A stretch of 64,000 nucleotides of DNA from assembly GCA_016931695.1 (NCBI GenBank), contig JAFGEI010000022.1, positions 397 to 64,396 on the forward strand. The letters are read 5' to 3'. Source of the DNA: Anaerolineae bacterium (GTDB lineage: Bacteria > Chloroflexota > Anaerolineae > B4-G1 > DUEL01). The position numbers were made by a program, and so were the translations under genes. Numbering within the stretch: position 1 is the first letter of the stretch; each line of letters starts with the position of its first letter. The notes under the pieces were generated by a model. That model was not told the origin of the DNA. It saw nothing but the letters and a program-made list of their open reading frames with translations, and searched no databases. This document shows, one piece after another, positions 20,401 through 30,800 of the stretch.

Positions 20401-21216
20401 GCTACAGACCACCTGGAGCTGCACGGGCTCCACGTACGGTCCGAGCGCCTTGGCTTCTTGTATCTCGGCTCGCCGCTGTATCTTGATCTGCCGCAGGTCA
20501 TCCACCAGCCAACTGGACACGTCGGCGGCGAACGGACAGCCACCATTTGCCGCCGGCCTTTCTACAGCTTCCAGCGCCCCCTCCAAGCCCAGCCGTTCCA
20601 TGCGGAATCGTGCTTTGAGCCGCCGGGGCAGCAGTGCGGCGTAGGGATCCAATTCGGCCACGTAATCTTGGCGCATGACCAAGACCACGCCGATCTGCGG
20701 ATGGGCATCCAGTGCCTCCACTACCTGAGCGAAAAAACCTTGCCGCTCTTGCCACCGTTCCTGGTGCGTGGTAAAAATCTCTTCAAACTGGTCAAACACC
20801 ACCAGTGTTGACTGCTTCATCAGAAAAGATCGCTCTTCCCTTTCCTGGCAGTGCATTGCCAGGAAAGAGGACAAGGTCTGTCCCAGCAGGGTTTCGGGAG
20901 CCGTATGATCTCCCGCCATCGTCATCAGCGCACTGAAGACAAAGATGTTTCCCCCTGCCTCGGTGCCGATCCAAGATGGCGCGTCGCCGCTTACCCGGGC
21001 CGTGGGGAGAATGGTAAAGCCTTCCTCTTCCAATGCCGGGATGACAACGGCGTTCAGGAGCGAAGTCTTGCCCGCGCCCGACTGGGCATAGAACAATACG
21101 ACTCGTTCCGCCAGGATGAGCGAGACCAAATCCCGCCCCTCCCGATTGCGTCCGAAAAAGTTGTGGCGATCAGCCCGTTCGTAGGGGCGAGGGCCAATGT
21201 AGGGATTGTTTTTCAT
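17446..21216 (-). CDS. nSTAND-type NTPase, TM helix, WD40 repeat protein (paralog 3)
   Basis: MKNNPYIGPRPY, YAQSGAGKTS, VVFDQFEEIF, YELAHDRL; TM MIIAGLGVGLAIVAVAAVFAFY; WD40 repeats. Confidence 0.9.
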   Translation of the reverse strand: MKNNPYIGPRPYERADRHNFFGRNREGRDLVSLILAERVVLFYAQSGAGKTSLLNAVVIPALEEEGFTILPTARVSGDAPSWIGTEAGGNIFVFSALMTMAGDHTAPETLLGQTLSSFLAMHCQEREERSFLMKQSTLVVFDQFEEIFTTHQERWQERQGFFAQVVEALDAHPQIGVVLVMRQDYVAELDPYAALLPRRLKARFRMERLGLEGALEAVERPAANGGCPFAADVSSWLVDDLRQIKIQRRAEIQEAKALGPYVEPVQLQVVCSRLWEGLPEEKDVILWEDVQKYGDVDRALTGFYEGALAEIVQQAGVNERQLRRWFTRQLITPMKTKGLVVRGEAETEGLSNLAVDILEQRRLIRVQVRAGARWYELAHDRLIDPIVESNEAWEARQETPLRKTAQQWKRTENESLLYRGKALEEALAWALANPDIAESYETEFLAASQKVEQERNRKRRLRRMIIAGLGVGLAIVAVAAVFAFYGWGEARQQTRIATALRLAAQAEVERNRGTWTLASLLAVESIQREPNLEASITLQRLLDGLAQPLVLVELGSDVNTMVLSPDGTWGVSGDEGGTARIWEVDTGRERVRVQHEEPINVVALSPGGEWVLSGSGELAWDSAGEVTESSGGAIVWSPDTGTAIVQVADANSINDAAFSPNGEFVAWGGGQLVRGNTERTIGISGQVRIWNIVAGEEVARLEHGFSTELPPPGHDQVGVLAVAFSPNSRWVASGSEDGTAVVWETATGKEVLQVAHDARVRDVVFSPDGRWIVSGSDDNTARVWSVATGEEVARLLHNGRVFYLAFSPDGRWLISGSDDFKARIWEVETWREVVVLRGHQATVVDAVLSADGQWLLTASNDGTARVWDLETGEEVARIEQEGEIAAVAFAHDDQWVVSGGRDATIRVWNISMMLDERRVEGREVARMMHQGRLNSLAIHPDNQSAVTGGDDGSLWWWDLARTDDIQVVGEQVTCSASQVEVVTYSPNGQWLIVGNRDGTVQVWETSGRRMVGWIEHGWQANSVAFSPNEEWGVSGGGDGIVLVWEVAAAREIARMDHGWEVNAVAFASDGERVVSASHNGTVISWDIETGQKVDQLALPSPLTAVALSRDGQHVAAGYEAGTIWIWDTITAREIRRLEHDGQVLAMAFSSDGQWLVSSSYDGTVRVWEVDSGREVTRIEHVLGYPDNVAFSQNDQWIASISYDTAWIWWWQPQDLVAQVCANLYRNLTREEWSRYLGDEPYHPTCPELAVPEESSH

Positions 21217-21301
21217 GACCTCACGACTTTCACCAGTTTGCCAGGGAATCCGCTACGATCCGTTTCACGGTCGCTGATACTTTACCAGGTGCAAGAGACG
21301 G

Positions 21302-22810
21302 TTATTCCACCCACCCACGGCTGCGCTCGACCGCCCGCTGCCAGCCGGCGTAGACTGCCTGGCGGCGGGCGTCGTCCCACTGCGGCTCAAAGACGCGGTC
21401 GACGCCCCAGTTGGCCCGCAGTTCGCCCAGGTCGGACCACAGCCCGGCCGCCAGCCCGGCGGCGTAGGCGGCGCCCAACGCAGTGGTCTCGTTGACCGTC
21501 GGCCGGACCACCGGCACGCCGAGAACGTCGGCCTGGAGCTGCATGAGCAAGTCGTTGACCGTCGCCCCGCCGTCGACCTTGAGCGCGGTCAGCTCGATGC
21601 CCGAATCGGCCCGCATCGCCTCCAGCACGTCGCGGGTCTGGTAGCAGATCGCCTCCAGCGTCGCCCGTACCAGGTGAGCCCGCCCCACGTAGCGGGTCAG
21701 GCCGACGATGACGCCGCGGGCGTCCATGTCCCAGTAGGGGGCAAAGAGGCCGGAGAAGGCGGGGACGAAATAGATGCCGCCGGCGTCGTCGACGCTGCGG
21801 GCAATGGCCTCTGTCTCGGCGGCGTTCTCGATCAGGCCCAGGTTGTCGCGCAGCCACTGCACGGCGGCGCCGGTGATGGCGATCGAGCCCTCCAGGGCGT
21901 AGGTGGTGCCCGCCGGCAAGCCGTAAGCGACGGTGGTCAGCAGGCCGCTTTGGGAGGGGACGATCTCGCCGCCGGTGTTGAGCAGCATAAAGCAGCCGGT
22001 GCCGTACGTGTTCTTGGCCTCGCCGGGTTCGTAGCCGGCCTGGCCAAAGAGCGCCGCCTGCTGGTCGCCCAGGTCGCCGCAGATGGGCGTCGACGCACCC
22101 ATCGCCCGCGCCTGGCCGTAGAAAGCGGGGTCGGAGGACGGGCGGATGCGGGGCAGCATCTGCCGCGGGATGGTCAGCGCCTCGAGCAGCTCGGGCTCCC
22201 AATCGAGTGCCGCCAGGTTCATCAGCATGGTGCGGCTGGCGTTGGTCACGTCGGTAACGTGGGCGCCCCCATCCGGCCCGCCGGTCAGGTTCCAGATCAG
22301 CCAGGTGTCGACGTTGCCGAACAGCGCCTCGCCCCGCTCGCCCTTTTCGCGCAGGCCGGGGACGTGGTCGAGCAGCCACTTGAGCTTGGGGCCGGAAAAG
22401 TAGGTGGCGACCGGCAGGCCGGTCCGGGCGCGAACGGTCTCCTCCCAACCGTCCGCGACGAGCTGGCGGCAGAGCTCACGGGTGCGGGTGTCCTGCCAGA
22501 CGACGGCGTTGTACAGCGGCTCGCCGCTGCGCGGGTCCCAGACGACGGTCGTCTCGCGCTGGTTGGTGATACCGATGGCGGCGATCTGTTCCATCCCCAG
22601 CCCGCCCTGGTCCAGCGCGCCGGCAATCACCCGCCGGGTCCTGGCCCAGATCTCGCGCGGGTCGTGCTCGACCCAGCCAGGCTGGGGATAAATCTGGGCG
22701 TGTTCCTCGTAGCACGAAGCGACTACCCGCCCGCTGCGATCAAAGACCATGAAGCGGGTGCCGGTGGTGCCCTGGTCGACAGCGGCGGCGTACTCGGGGC
22801 GATCGCTCAT
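21302..22810 (-). CDS. glpK: Glycerol kinase
   Basis: [59 protein letters not shown]. Confidence 0.95.
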   Translation of the reverse strand: MSDRPEYAAAVDQGTTGTRFMVFDRSGRVVASCYEEHAQIYPQPGWVEHDPREIWARTRRVIAGALDQGGLGMEQIAAIGITNQRETTVVWDPRSGEPLYNAVVWQDTRTRELCRQLVADGWEETVRARTGLPVATYFSGPKLKWLLDHVPGLREKGERGEALFGNVDTWLIWNLTGGPDGGAHVTDVTNASRTMLMNLAALDWEPELLEALTIPRQMLPRIRPSSDPAFYGQARAMGASTPICGDLGDQQAALFGQAGYEPGEAKNTYGTGCFMLLNTGGEIVPSQSGLLTTVAYGLPAGTTYALEGSIAITGAAVQWLRDNLGLIENAAETEAIARSVDDAGGIYFVPAFSGLFAPYWDMDARGVIVGLTRYVGRAHLVRATLEAICYQTRDVLEAMRADSGIELTALKVDGGATVNDLLMQLQADVLGVPVVRPTVNETTALGAAYAAGLAAGLWSDLGELRANWGVDRVFEPQWDDARRQAVYAGWQRAVERSRGWVE

Positions 22811-22865
22811 ATTCTTCCTCCAAAGTCCGAGATCTCGTGCCCATCCACGCCTTACGTTTTACGCT

Positions 22866-23453
22866 TCACACATCCCTATTCGTGATCACTCGTGCCCATA
22901 ACTCGCTTTTCCAGATGATCTCGCAGGCTTCTTCCAGCACGCTGGTGCGCTGAAAGGCCTGTTCCAGCGTCTCGCCGCTGGCAAAGGAGCCGTGGCTGCG
23001 CACGACGACCACGGGACGTTCGCACAGCGCCGCGGCGACGGCCTGGGCCAGCTCGGGGCTGCCCGAAGGCCGTTCGACCGCCACGACGGGCACCGGGCCG
23101 AGAATATACGCCCCCTCGCTGTCGACGGGGACGATTACGTCGCGGGAGAAGGAGAGCGCGACGGCGGTGCGGGGATGGGCGTGGACCACTGCCAGGGCGG
23201 AGGTGGCGCGGTAGATGGCGCGGTGGACGATCAGCTCGCTGGAGCAATCGGGGGTGTTCTGGTCGTCGTCGAACAGGCCGGTCTGGACGAGATCGGCCGG
23301 CTGCAGCCGGCCCAGCATCGCCCCACGCCGCTTGATCAGCAGCCGGTCGCCCTGGCGCACGCTGACGTTGCCGCCGTGGGAACTGGTCATTCCGGCGACA
23401 TACAGGTCACGGCCGATAGCACGGATTTGTTGGTAGAGCGTTGGATCGACCAT
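22866..23453 (-). CDS. Class II aldolase/adducin family protein (FucA-like)
   Basis: Start moved to ATG 23453. GGNVSVR, SSELIVHRAIY, VVHAHP, VVVRSHG. Confidence 0.85.
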   Translation of the reverse strand: MVDPTLYQQIRAIGRDLYVAGMTSSHGGNVSVRQGDRLLIKRRGAMLGRLQPADLVQTGLFDDDQNTPDCSSELIVHRAIYRATSALAVVHAHPRTAVALSFSRDVIVPVDSEGAYILGPVPVVAVERPSGSPELAQAVAAALCERPVVVVRSHGSFASGETLEQAFQRTSVLEEACEIIWKSELWARVITNRDV

Positions 23454-23576
23454 CTCACTCCCTGTTGTAGCACAAGAAGGCGGGAAATGCAAGGCGCGAC
23501 GGCGCGGGTAGAACTGGACATTGCAGGGCAAATCGTTTACAATTGGCATGACCGGGTCGTCCGGAAGGGAAAAGGA

Positions 23577-24524
23577 GTGGACGAAAAGATATTCTGCCCG
23601 CACTGCGGGATCGAGATGGAAAAAGCCCCCGTCGCCGGGCGGGTGCGCCGCTTGTGCAAAGCTTGCGGGTTCGTCCTTTACCGCAACCCGGTCCCCGGCG
23701 CCGGGGTCCTGGTAGAGATGGAAGGGGGAATCGTGCTGGTGCAGCGCAAGGAGCCCCCCTTTGCCGGTTGGTGGGCGCTGCCGGCCGGCTACATCGAGGC
23801 GGACGAGAGCGTGGAGCAGGCGGCCATACGCGAGTGCAAGGAAGAGACCGGTCTCGACGTCGAGCTGGTCGAGCTGTTCGGCGTCGACTCGTTCCCAGAA
23901 GGGCCGGTCCAGTCCGGCATCATCATCTTTTACCGCGCCCGGCCGGTCGGCGGGACGATGCGGGCCGGCGACGACGCCCAAGACGTGCGGGTTTTCGCTC
24001 CCGACGACCTGCCGCAGCAGCTGGCCTTTCGCACCCACCGGCAAGTCATCGAGCGCTGGATTCACAGCCGCTCACCCCAATTCCGCGCCCCCCGGCCGGG
24101 CATCCTCATCCGCGAGGCCCGCTGCGGCGATACGGAGTCGGTGCTGCAGCTGCTGCAACTGATCCCTCACTATGGCGGGATGTCGGAGGAAGAGCAGCGG
24201 GCGGCGGCGCAGCGGCTGCGGGAGAGCCCGGCCCTAGAGATACTGGTGGTGGAAGCTGCGGGGAAGGCGGTCGGATTCCTGGCGCTCACGTTCATGCCCA
24301 GCCTCACCGGCCTGCGGGCGCTGATCGGCGAGATATCGGTCAATCCCGATTTCCAGCGGCAGGGGATCGGGGCCGCACTGGTCGAGGCGGCAGCACAGCG
24401 GGCGACCCACCGCGGGGCGACTCACCTGCTGGTCGACACCTCCCGCGGCGATGCGGCGGCGCAAGAATTCTACCACGCCTGCGGCTTTGAAGCCGGCGGC
24501 GTGGCCCCGCTGCGGATTCGCTGA
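23577..24524 (+). CDS. Zinc-ribbon NUDIX hydrolase fused to GNAT acetyltransferase
   Basis: GTG start after AAGGA. CPHCG..CKACG; Nudix box [23 protein letters not shown]; GNAT motif [12 protein letters not shown] and FYHACGF. Confidence 0.85.
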   Translation: MDEKIFCPHCGIEMEKAPVAGRVRRLCKACGFVLYRNPVPGAGVLVEMEGGIVLVQRKEPPFAGWWALPAGYIEADESVEQAAIRECKEETGLDVELVELFGVDSFPEGPVQSGIIIFYRARPVGGTMRAGDDAQDVRVFAPDDLPQQLAFRTHRQVIERWIHSRSPQFRAPRPGILIREARCGDTESVLQLLQLIPHYGGMSEEEQRAAAQRLRESPALEILVVEAAGKAVGFLALTFMPSLTGLRALIGEISVNPDFQRQGIGAALVEAAAQRATHRGATHLLVDTSRGDAAAQEFYHACGFEAGGVAPLRIR

Positions 24525-24600
24525 GGTGAAAGCCGCAACGACCCGGACAATGTCGAAATCGCAGTTGCCACTGCAAAAGATTTTTGAGGAGGACGAGAGA

Positions 24601-25488
24601 ATGGAAAAAGAGGTCGGCACGGAAAAAGTCAAGCGCGGCCTGGCCCAGATGCTCAAAGGCGGCGTCATCATGGACGTGGTCAGCGCCGAACACGCGCGCA
24701 TCGCCGAGGAGGCGGGCGCATGCGCGGTGATGGCCCTGGAACGGGTCCCGGCAGACATCCGCGCCCAGGGCGGCGTGGCCCGCATGGCGGACCCGGAAAA
24801 GATCGTCGAAATTATGGCGGCGGTCTCGATCCCGGTGATGGCCAAGTGCCGCATCGGCCATTTCGTCGAGGCGCAGGTGCTGGAATCGCTGGGGGTCGAT
24901 TTCATCGACGAGAGCGAGGTACTCACCCCCGCCGACGAGCAGCACCACATCGACAAGTGGGGCTTTACCACCCCCTTCGTCTGCGGCTGCCGCAACCTGG
25001 GCGAGGCGCTGCGGCGCATCGGCGAAGGGGCGGCCATGATCCGCACCAAGGGCGAGGCGGGCACCGGCAACGTCGTCGAGGCGGTGCGCCACGCCCGCGC
25101 GGTGATGGGCGAGATCCGCCGCCTGACGACGATGGCCGCGGAAGAGCTGATGGCCTATGCCAAAGAGATCGGCGCCCCCTACGAGCTGGTGAAAGAGACG
25201 GCCAGCCTGGGCCACCTGCCCGTGGTCAACTTTGCCGCCGGCGGCGTCGCCACCCCGGCCGACGCGGCGTTGATGATGCAGCTGGGCGTCGACGGCGTCT
25301 TTGTCGGCAGCGGCATATTCAAGAGCGGCAATCCCGCCAAACGGGGTCACGCCATCGTCCAGGCGGTCACCCACTACAACGACCCGCAAATTCTGGCCGA
25401 GGTCAGCCGGGCGCTGGGCGAGCCGATGGTCGGCATCAACATCAGCGACATCCCCGCCGAGGAGCGGCTGGCGGAACGGGGTTGGTAA
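24601..25488 (+). CDS. pdxS: Pyridoxal 5'-phosphate synthase lyase subunit
   Basis: [50 protein letters not shown]. Confidence 0.97.
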   Translation: MEKEVGTEKVKRGLAQMLKGGVIMDVVSAEHARIAEEAGACAVMALERVPADIRAQGGVARMADPEKIVEIMAAVSIPVMAKCRIGHFVEAQVLESLGVDFIDESEVLTPADEQHHIDKWGFTTPFVCGCRNLGEALRRIGEGAAMIRTKGEAGTGNVVEAVRHARAVMGEIRRLTTMAAEELMAYAKEIGAPYELVKETASLGHLPVVNFAAGGVATPADAALMMQLGVDGVFVGSGIFKSGNPAKRGHAIVQAVTHYNDPQILAEVSRALGEPMVGINISDIPAEERLAERGW

Positions 25489-25515
25489 GCGAGAGGAAAC
25501 AGGCCGGAAGCGAGG

Positions 25516-26094
25516 ATGAGCAGGCGGATCGGCGTGCTGGCGCTGCAGGGCGCCTTTATCGAGCACCAACAACTCCTGGCCCGCCTCGGCGCCGAGCCGG
25601 TCCCCGTGCGCATGCCGGCGCAGCTGGAACAGGTGACCGGGCTGATCATCCCTGGCGGCGAGTCGACGACCATCGGCCAGATCGCCGGGCGGTGGGGCCT
25701 GTTGGAACCGCTGCACGCCTTTGGCCGCTCCGGGCGCCCCATCTGGGGCACATGCGCCGGGATGATCCTGATGGCGCAGGAGGTGCTGGACGGCAAGGCA
25801 AACCAGCCGCTGCTGGGGCTGATGGACGTGGCCGTGCGGCGCAACGCCTTTGGCCGCCAGGTTGACAGCTTTGAGGCCGAGCTGGAGGTGCCGGTGCTGG
25901 GCGCGGCGCCGTTTCACGCCGTCTTTATCCGCGCCCCGCTCATCGAGCGGGTGGGACAAGAAGTAACAGTGCTGGCAACACTGCAGGACGGAAGCGTCGT
26001 CGCTGTGCAGCAGGGAAACCTGCTGGCTACCGCCTTTCATCCCGAGCTGACTGACGACGAGCGGTTCCACCGCTACTTTTTGCGCCTGGTATGA
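25516..26094 (+). CDS. pdxT: Pyridoxal 5'-phosphate synthase glutaminase subunit
   Basis: GVLALQG, IPGGEST, GTCAG, RNAFGRQ, FHPELT. Confidence 0.97.
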   Translation: MSRRIGVLALQGAFIEHQQLLARLGAEPVPVRMPAQLEQVTGLIIPGGESTTIGQIAGRWGLLEPLHAFGRSGRPIWGTCAGMILMAQEVLDGKANQPLLGLMDVAVRRNAFGRQVDSFEAELEVPVLGAAPFHAVFIRAPLIERVGQEVTVLATLQDGSVVAVQQGNLLATAFHPELTDDERFHRYFLRLV

Positions 26095-26101
26095 GTGTCA
26101 T

Positions 26102-26129
26102 GGGGGCGGCCGGCCAGCCGCCCCCTTTT
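26102..26129 (+). terminator. Putative intrinsic terminator after pdxT
   Basis: 9-bp stem gggggcggc / gccgccccc followed by TTTT. Confidence 0.5.
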
Positions 26130-26274
26130 GCCTTATTCTTCAATGTGAATATACTAAAGTTGCCCGGGCCACTCGACTGGATGCTCTTCCTCTGCAGCGC
26201 CGGGCACGCGCCATCCACGCGAGTGGCCAGGATATTTTGTCATCACCAGATATAGCCAAAATAAGGAGGAAAAT

Positions 26275-27762
26275 GTGAATAAAAACCAAGTTCTGGCCCT
26301 GGCACTGGCAAGCGGCATCGGCCTGGCCGTGCTGCTCCTGGCCGCCACCCAGGCGACGGCCGATTCTACAATCGCGCGCCCGATGCCACCCGACGGCCCC
26401 GAACCAGGCGCCTTCTCCCTCCCCGCCGCCAGTCTCGACGACAGCTGGAGCAGCGGCTGGTTCTACGTCCCCCCGGCCTCGGCGCAGATCCTCAGCCACA
26501 GCCTGGGCGGCGACCCCGACGACTATTTGATCCAGGTCTGGTTCTGGGACAATGAGAACGATGGAGACGCCGACATCGGCATCAATGTCCGCGGCTATGG
26601 CGGCTACGAAGGAGGCGGCAATTTCTATGGCGCGACGTGGCAAAACCTGACCGACGAGACGGTCCAGGTCTTTCGCTACAGCAACGACACCGCCGCCGAC
26701 ATGATCCTGGTGCGCATCTGGATTCCCGACGACCCGGCCGATTACTGCAGCGACTGGACGGACATTGCGCAGGGAACGATAATGACCTTTACCCACAACC
26801 TGGGCGGGGACGTGGACGACTATTCCGTCGGGCTGGTGTTCAGCAGCACGGTCTCTACCCCCTTCGGCCCGGCCGGGCGCAACCACCGCTTCTATGGCGG
26901 GCTGGAATATGGCGGCGGCGCAAACATGGTCGGCGCCTACTGGGACAACCTGACCGATTCGACGGTGCGGGTCTACCGCCACGCGAACGACCTGTCCGCC
27001 GAGCAGGTTCGCCTCTGCGTGACCATCCCCGACCCGCCGGCCTATGACAGCGGATGGGTGACCGTGACCGCAAACTCGGTGACCACGCTGACCCACAACG
27101 TGGGCGGAATGCTCGGGCCCTACCGGGTGCGCCTCGACCAGTGGAATCCCGCCAGCGGCATCAATCACTATTGCCTCGGCGGAGAGGCGGTCAACGTCAC
27201 CCCCACCGGCGCCAACTGGGAAAACCTGACTGACGAGACGATCGCCGTGCTGGCACGGGGCGGCATCTCCCGCGTCCGCATCCGCATCTGGAACACCTAC
27301 CTGCTCTACCTGCCCATCGTGGTCAACGATTATACCGGCCCCACCGAGCTGGCCTACGACGACGGGATTGCCGATTCGTGGCAGTCCCACGACCCGGACA
27401 GCGGCTTTGCCGTCCTGTTCCACACCGACGCGGCGGCTCAACTGACCGGAGCGCGTTTCTACCTCGACGCGGCCAGCGGCACAGCGCCCATCGAGGTGCA
27501 CGTCTGGGACGCCGCGCACAACGACCTCATCACCCCCTTCGAGACCACCCCGCCGAACGGCGAAGGGTGGTTCGACGTCGACCTGTCCAGCTACAGCCTG
27601 ACGGTGGACGGCGATTTCTACGTCGGTTTCACCTACCCCGAAGCCAGCTACGATCCCTCCATCGGCGTCGACAGCTCGGCACCCGACGGCTACAGCTACG
27701 AGGTGCCGTGGATACTCATGACCGACCGCGATTATATGATCCGGGCGACGATTGGTCAATAG
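26275..27762 (+). CDS. Secreted protein with three ~85-aa internal repeats and a C-terminal beta-sandwich region
   Basis: AGGAGG RBS, signal peptide; repeats of the form H(S/N)(L/V)GG..G.N....GG..GA.W.NLTD.T(V/I).V; internal YLPIV motif. Confidence 0.75.
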   Translation: MNKNQVLALALASGIGLAVLLLAATQATADSTIARPMPPDGPEPGAFSLPAASLDDSWSSGWFYVPPASAQILSHSLGGDPDDYLIQVWFWDNENDGDADIGINVRGYGGYEGGGNFYGATWQNLTDETVQVFRYSNDTAADMILVRIWIPDDPADYCSDWTDIAQGTIMTFTHNLGGDVDDYSVGLVFSSTVSTPFGPAGRNHRFYGGLEYGGGANMVGAYWDNLTDSTVRVYRHANDLSAEQVRLCVTIPDPPAYDSGWVTVTANSVTTLTHNVGGMLGPYRVRLDQWNPASGINHYCLGGEAVNVTPTGANWENLTDETIAVLARGGISRVRIRIWNTYLLYLPIVVNDYTGPTELAYDDGIADSWQSHDPDSGFAVLFHTDAAAQLTGARFYLDAASGTAPIEVHVWDAAHNDLITPFETTPPNGEGWFDVDLSSYSLTVDGDFYVGFTYPEASYDPSIGVDSSAPDGYSYEVPWILMTDRDYMIRATIGQ

Positions 27763-27781
27763 CATTTTGCGCCCGAACGGG

Positions 27782-27818
27782 TCTGGCAGGGGCGAGGCGT
27801 CGCCTCGCCCCTGCCAGA
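27782..27818. repeat. REP-like palindrome
   Basis: Perfect 18-bp IR tctggcaggggcgaggcg / cgcctcgcccctgccaga, intergenic. Confidence 0.7.
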
Positions 27819-27865
27819 AAATGCGGAAGGACTTGCAATGTTCTGAACTTGTAAGGAGATCAAAA

Positions 27866-30800
27866 GTGGTCAAAAAGAGACTGCTTGGCCTGGTAGTGTT
27901 GTCGGCAATACTGGCGTCGAGTATCTTGAGCAGCCATGGAGCGGCGGGTGATTTGCCCCTTTCCCCTGCCCCACAGGCAAATGGCGACGTCGACCCCGGC
28001 GGTGACATCCTGCTCTCCAGCTCCCTGTATAACGACTGTGACGCCGCCGTGGCCTACAACGATAACGCCCAAGAGTTTCTCGTCGCCTGGAACCACCAGG
28101 GAAACATCTATGGCCAGCGCCACGACGTGCGGGGAGTGCCCCTGGGAGAGAATTTCGCCATCAGTGTCAGCGGTTTCTACAAGATGCGCCCCTCGGTCGT
28201 CTATTCCCTCCACGCCGACGCCTACCTGGTGGTATGGGAGGATTATCACGACGGAGACGACTATGACATCTACGGCCAGTTGGTGGACGCCAACGGCGAG
28301 CCGCTCGGCGGCGAGATCGCCATCTACCCCGACGCCGGCAACCAGCAGTTCCCCGACGTCGCCTTTGACGGCACCAACTTTTTCGTCGTCTGGCAGGGAC
28401 CGCACCAGGACGACTCGGTCGATATCTATGGCCGCTTTGTGGAGGCGGACGGCACGGTGCTGCCGACGATCTTTCCCGTCGCCGATGCCGGGGGCGATTC
28501 CCGCCGCGAGCCTGCCGTGGCCTATAACGGCACTGAGCACGAGTACCTGGTCATCTTTCAGTACGGCGAGCAGCCAAACACCGAGATCCACGCCCGGCGC
28601 GTGGACCCGGCCGGGGTCTTGCTCGGCGACGAGTACGTCGTCGCCATCCAGGAGGAGGCGCGGTCTCCCGACGTCGCCGCAGCGGATTGGGCGGCCTACG
28701 TCGTCGTCTGGTCCGACCGGCGCGTCTCGGGAGAGAGCTGGAACATCTACGGCCAGGTCGTCCTCGCCGGCGCCGACAGTTCCTTCGACGGCGACAACTT
28801 TGCCATCGCTGCGGCGACCAGCATCCAGTGGAAGCCGGCGATTGCCCGCGCTCCCTCCAGCGGCGAGTTCTTGGTCGTCTGGGAGGACTATTGCCAGGAG
28901 GTCAGCAGCGGGGCGGATATCTACGGCCAGCGGCTCCAGGCCGACGCCAACCTGGACGGCGTCAACTTTGCCGTCAACGAGGAAACAGCAGACCAACTGG
29001 CAGCGGCCGTCGCCGCCAGCCACGGGCCTGACCTCTACCTGGTCGCCTGGGAACAAGATACAGCGTACGCCGATTCGGACCTCTTTGGCCAGCGGGTTTC
29101 GACCGGCGGCCTGCCGCTCTGGTACGCTTTCGAGATCTCGGCCGAGCCGGGATGGCAGTATTCCGCCGTCGCGGCCTACAACGGCCAGGAGGAGCAGTAC
29201 CTGACTGTCTGGGAGGAAGAAGACGGCAGCATCTATGGACGGCGGCTCTCCTACGACGGGCAGCCCCTGGAACAGCCCTGGGCAATCGAGACCAACGGCA
29301 GCCACCAGAACCCGACCGTGGTCTATAACAGCTTTCGCAACGAGTACCTGGCCGTGTGGGAGGACCGCGATATCGACGCCATCGAGGGGCGCAAGATCCA
29401 TGCCGCCGGCGAGGCCACGACCTACATCATGATCCCCGACAGCGATGGCGCGTTCGATACCACCCTGGCCTATGACTCCGTGGAGCATAGTTACCTGGTT
29501 GCCTGGCAGAGCCACAGCGACATCTATGGCCGGGCGCTCAACGACGGCGGGCTGCCGGTCGGGCCCCTGATCAATATCTGTAGCGAGGGCAGTCATCAGG
29601 ACGATCCCCAAGTGACGTTCGACCCCAACCAGCAGCGGTTCCTCGTCGTCTGGGAGGACGATCGCGATGGCGGGGCGGGGGACGTCTATGGCCGCTTCGT
29701 CCTGCCCGCAGGCGGCCTGGAGGGGAACGAGTTCTGCATCGCCGGCTGCGGCGACCTGACCGGGCGCGAGGCTCCCGCCCTGGACTATAACCCCGACGAC
29801 GGTGAGTACCTGGTCGTCTACACGTACGGCGATCCTGGCACCGACCACGATATCTATGGCCAGCGGCTCAGCGGCGATGGCCTGCTGCTCGGCGACGAGA
29901 CCGTCATCTGGAGCGAGGCCGACGACGTCAGCCAGCGCGACCCCCAGGTCGCCTACGTCTCCTCGCTCAACCGCTATTACGTCCTCTGGGTCGACGCCCA
30001 GAACAGCGCGCAAAGCGGCTATGACCTCTACGGGCGCTGGCTGTTGGCCGACGCCAGCCCGGCCAGCCTGCGGCTGCCCAACTTTGTCTATGCCGGCGAC
30101 CAGCTTTTTCCCGCCCTGGCCTATGACCCCGACCACGAACTGGGATTGACGGTCTGGACGGATTACCGGCGCACCGTCAGCGACGTCTACGCCCGCGTGG
30201 GGACGCTGGACGTCGAACCGCCGACGCCGCGCTTTCTCCGCGATCCCCTCGTCGCCCCGCAGGGCACCACCTTCACCTTCAACGCCTGGCCCAGCAGCGA
30301 CAACCTGACCCCCCGCAGCGCGCTGATAGTCCGCTGGGACCTGGACGACGACGGCAGTTGGGACACGCCGCTCAGCCTGGACAAGGTAATCACGGCGACG
30401 GCCAACCTGCCGGGATTGCACAACATCGCCCTGGCAGTGCAGGACCTGACCGGCCTGTCCGACACGCTCTCCCTGCCGATCCTGGTCCTGGCCGCCAGCG
30501 GCAACACGCCGCCCACCGCCACGCTGACCGTCGATCCGCTCCTGGGCGTCGCCGGCACGTCGTTCCAGTTCGACGCCTCCGGCTCCGACGACGCCGAGAC
30601 CCCCGGCAGCCTGGAGGTCTGCTGGGACTGGGACCGCGACGGCGCGTGCGACACCGCCTTCAGCCCCACGCTGCAGGCCAGCCGCGTCTTTACCCAGACC
30701 GGCTTTCACCTCGTCCGCGCCGTGGTGCAGGACGACGAAGGATTGACCGACGCAGCAGACCGGGGCATCCTGGTCGTGCCGGACGAGATCGCGGCGCTGG

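Noticed and set aside
7372-21216. Repeated DNA motifs such as gccgtcggggctgaaggcgac as a CRISPR array or DGR template/variable repeat
   Set aside because: They encode WD40 VAFSPDG units, are degenerate and in frame; no cas or reverse transcriptase gene is in the window.
425-21495. Long plus-strand ORFs (e.g. 425..2026, 5101..7119, 7408..11085, 11131..13305)
   Set aside because: Antisense shadows of real minus-strand genes, expected at high GC; no recognisable motifs.
22866-24524. Apparent large overlap of the 399-aa and 510-aa ORFs
   Set aside because: Resolved by downstream starts (23453 minus, 23577 plus), giving two divergent non-overlapping genes.
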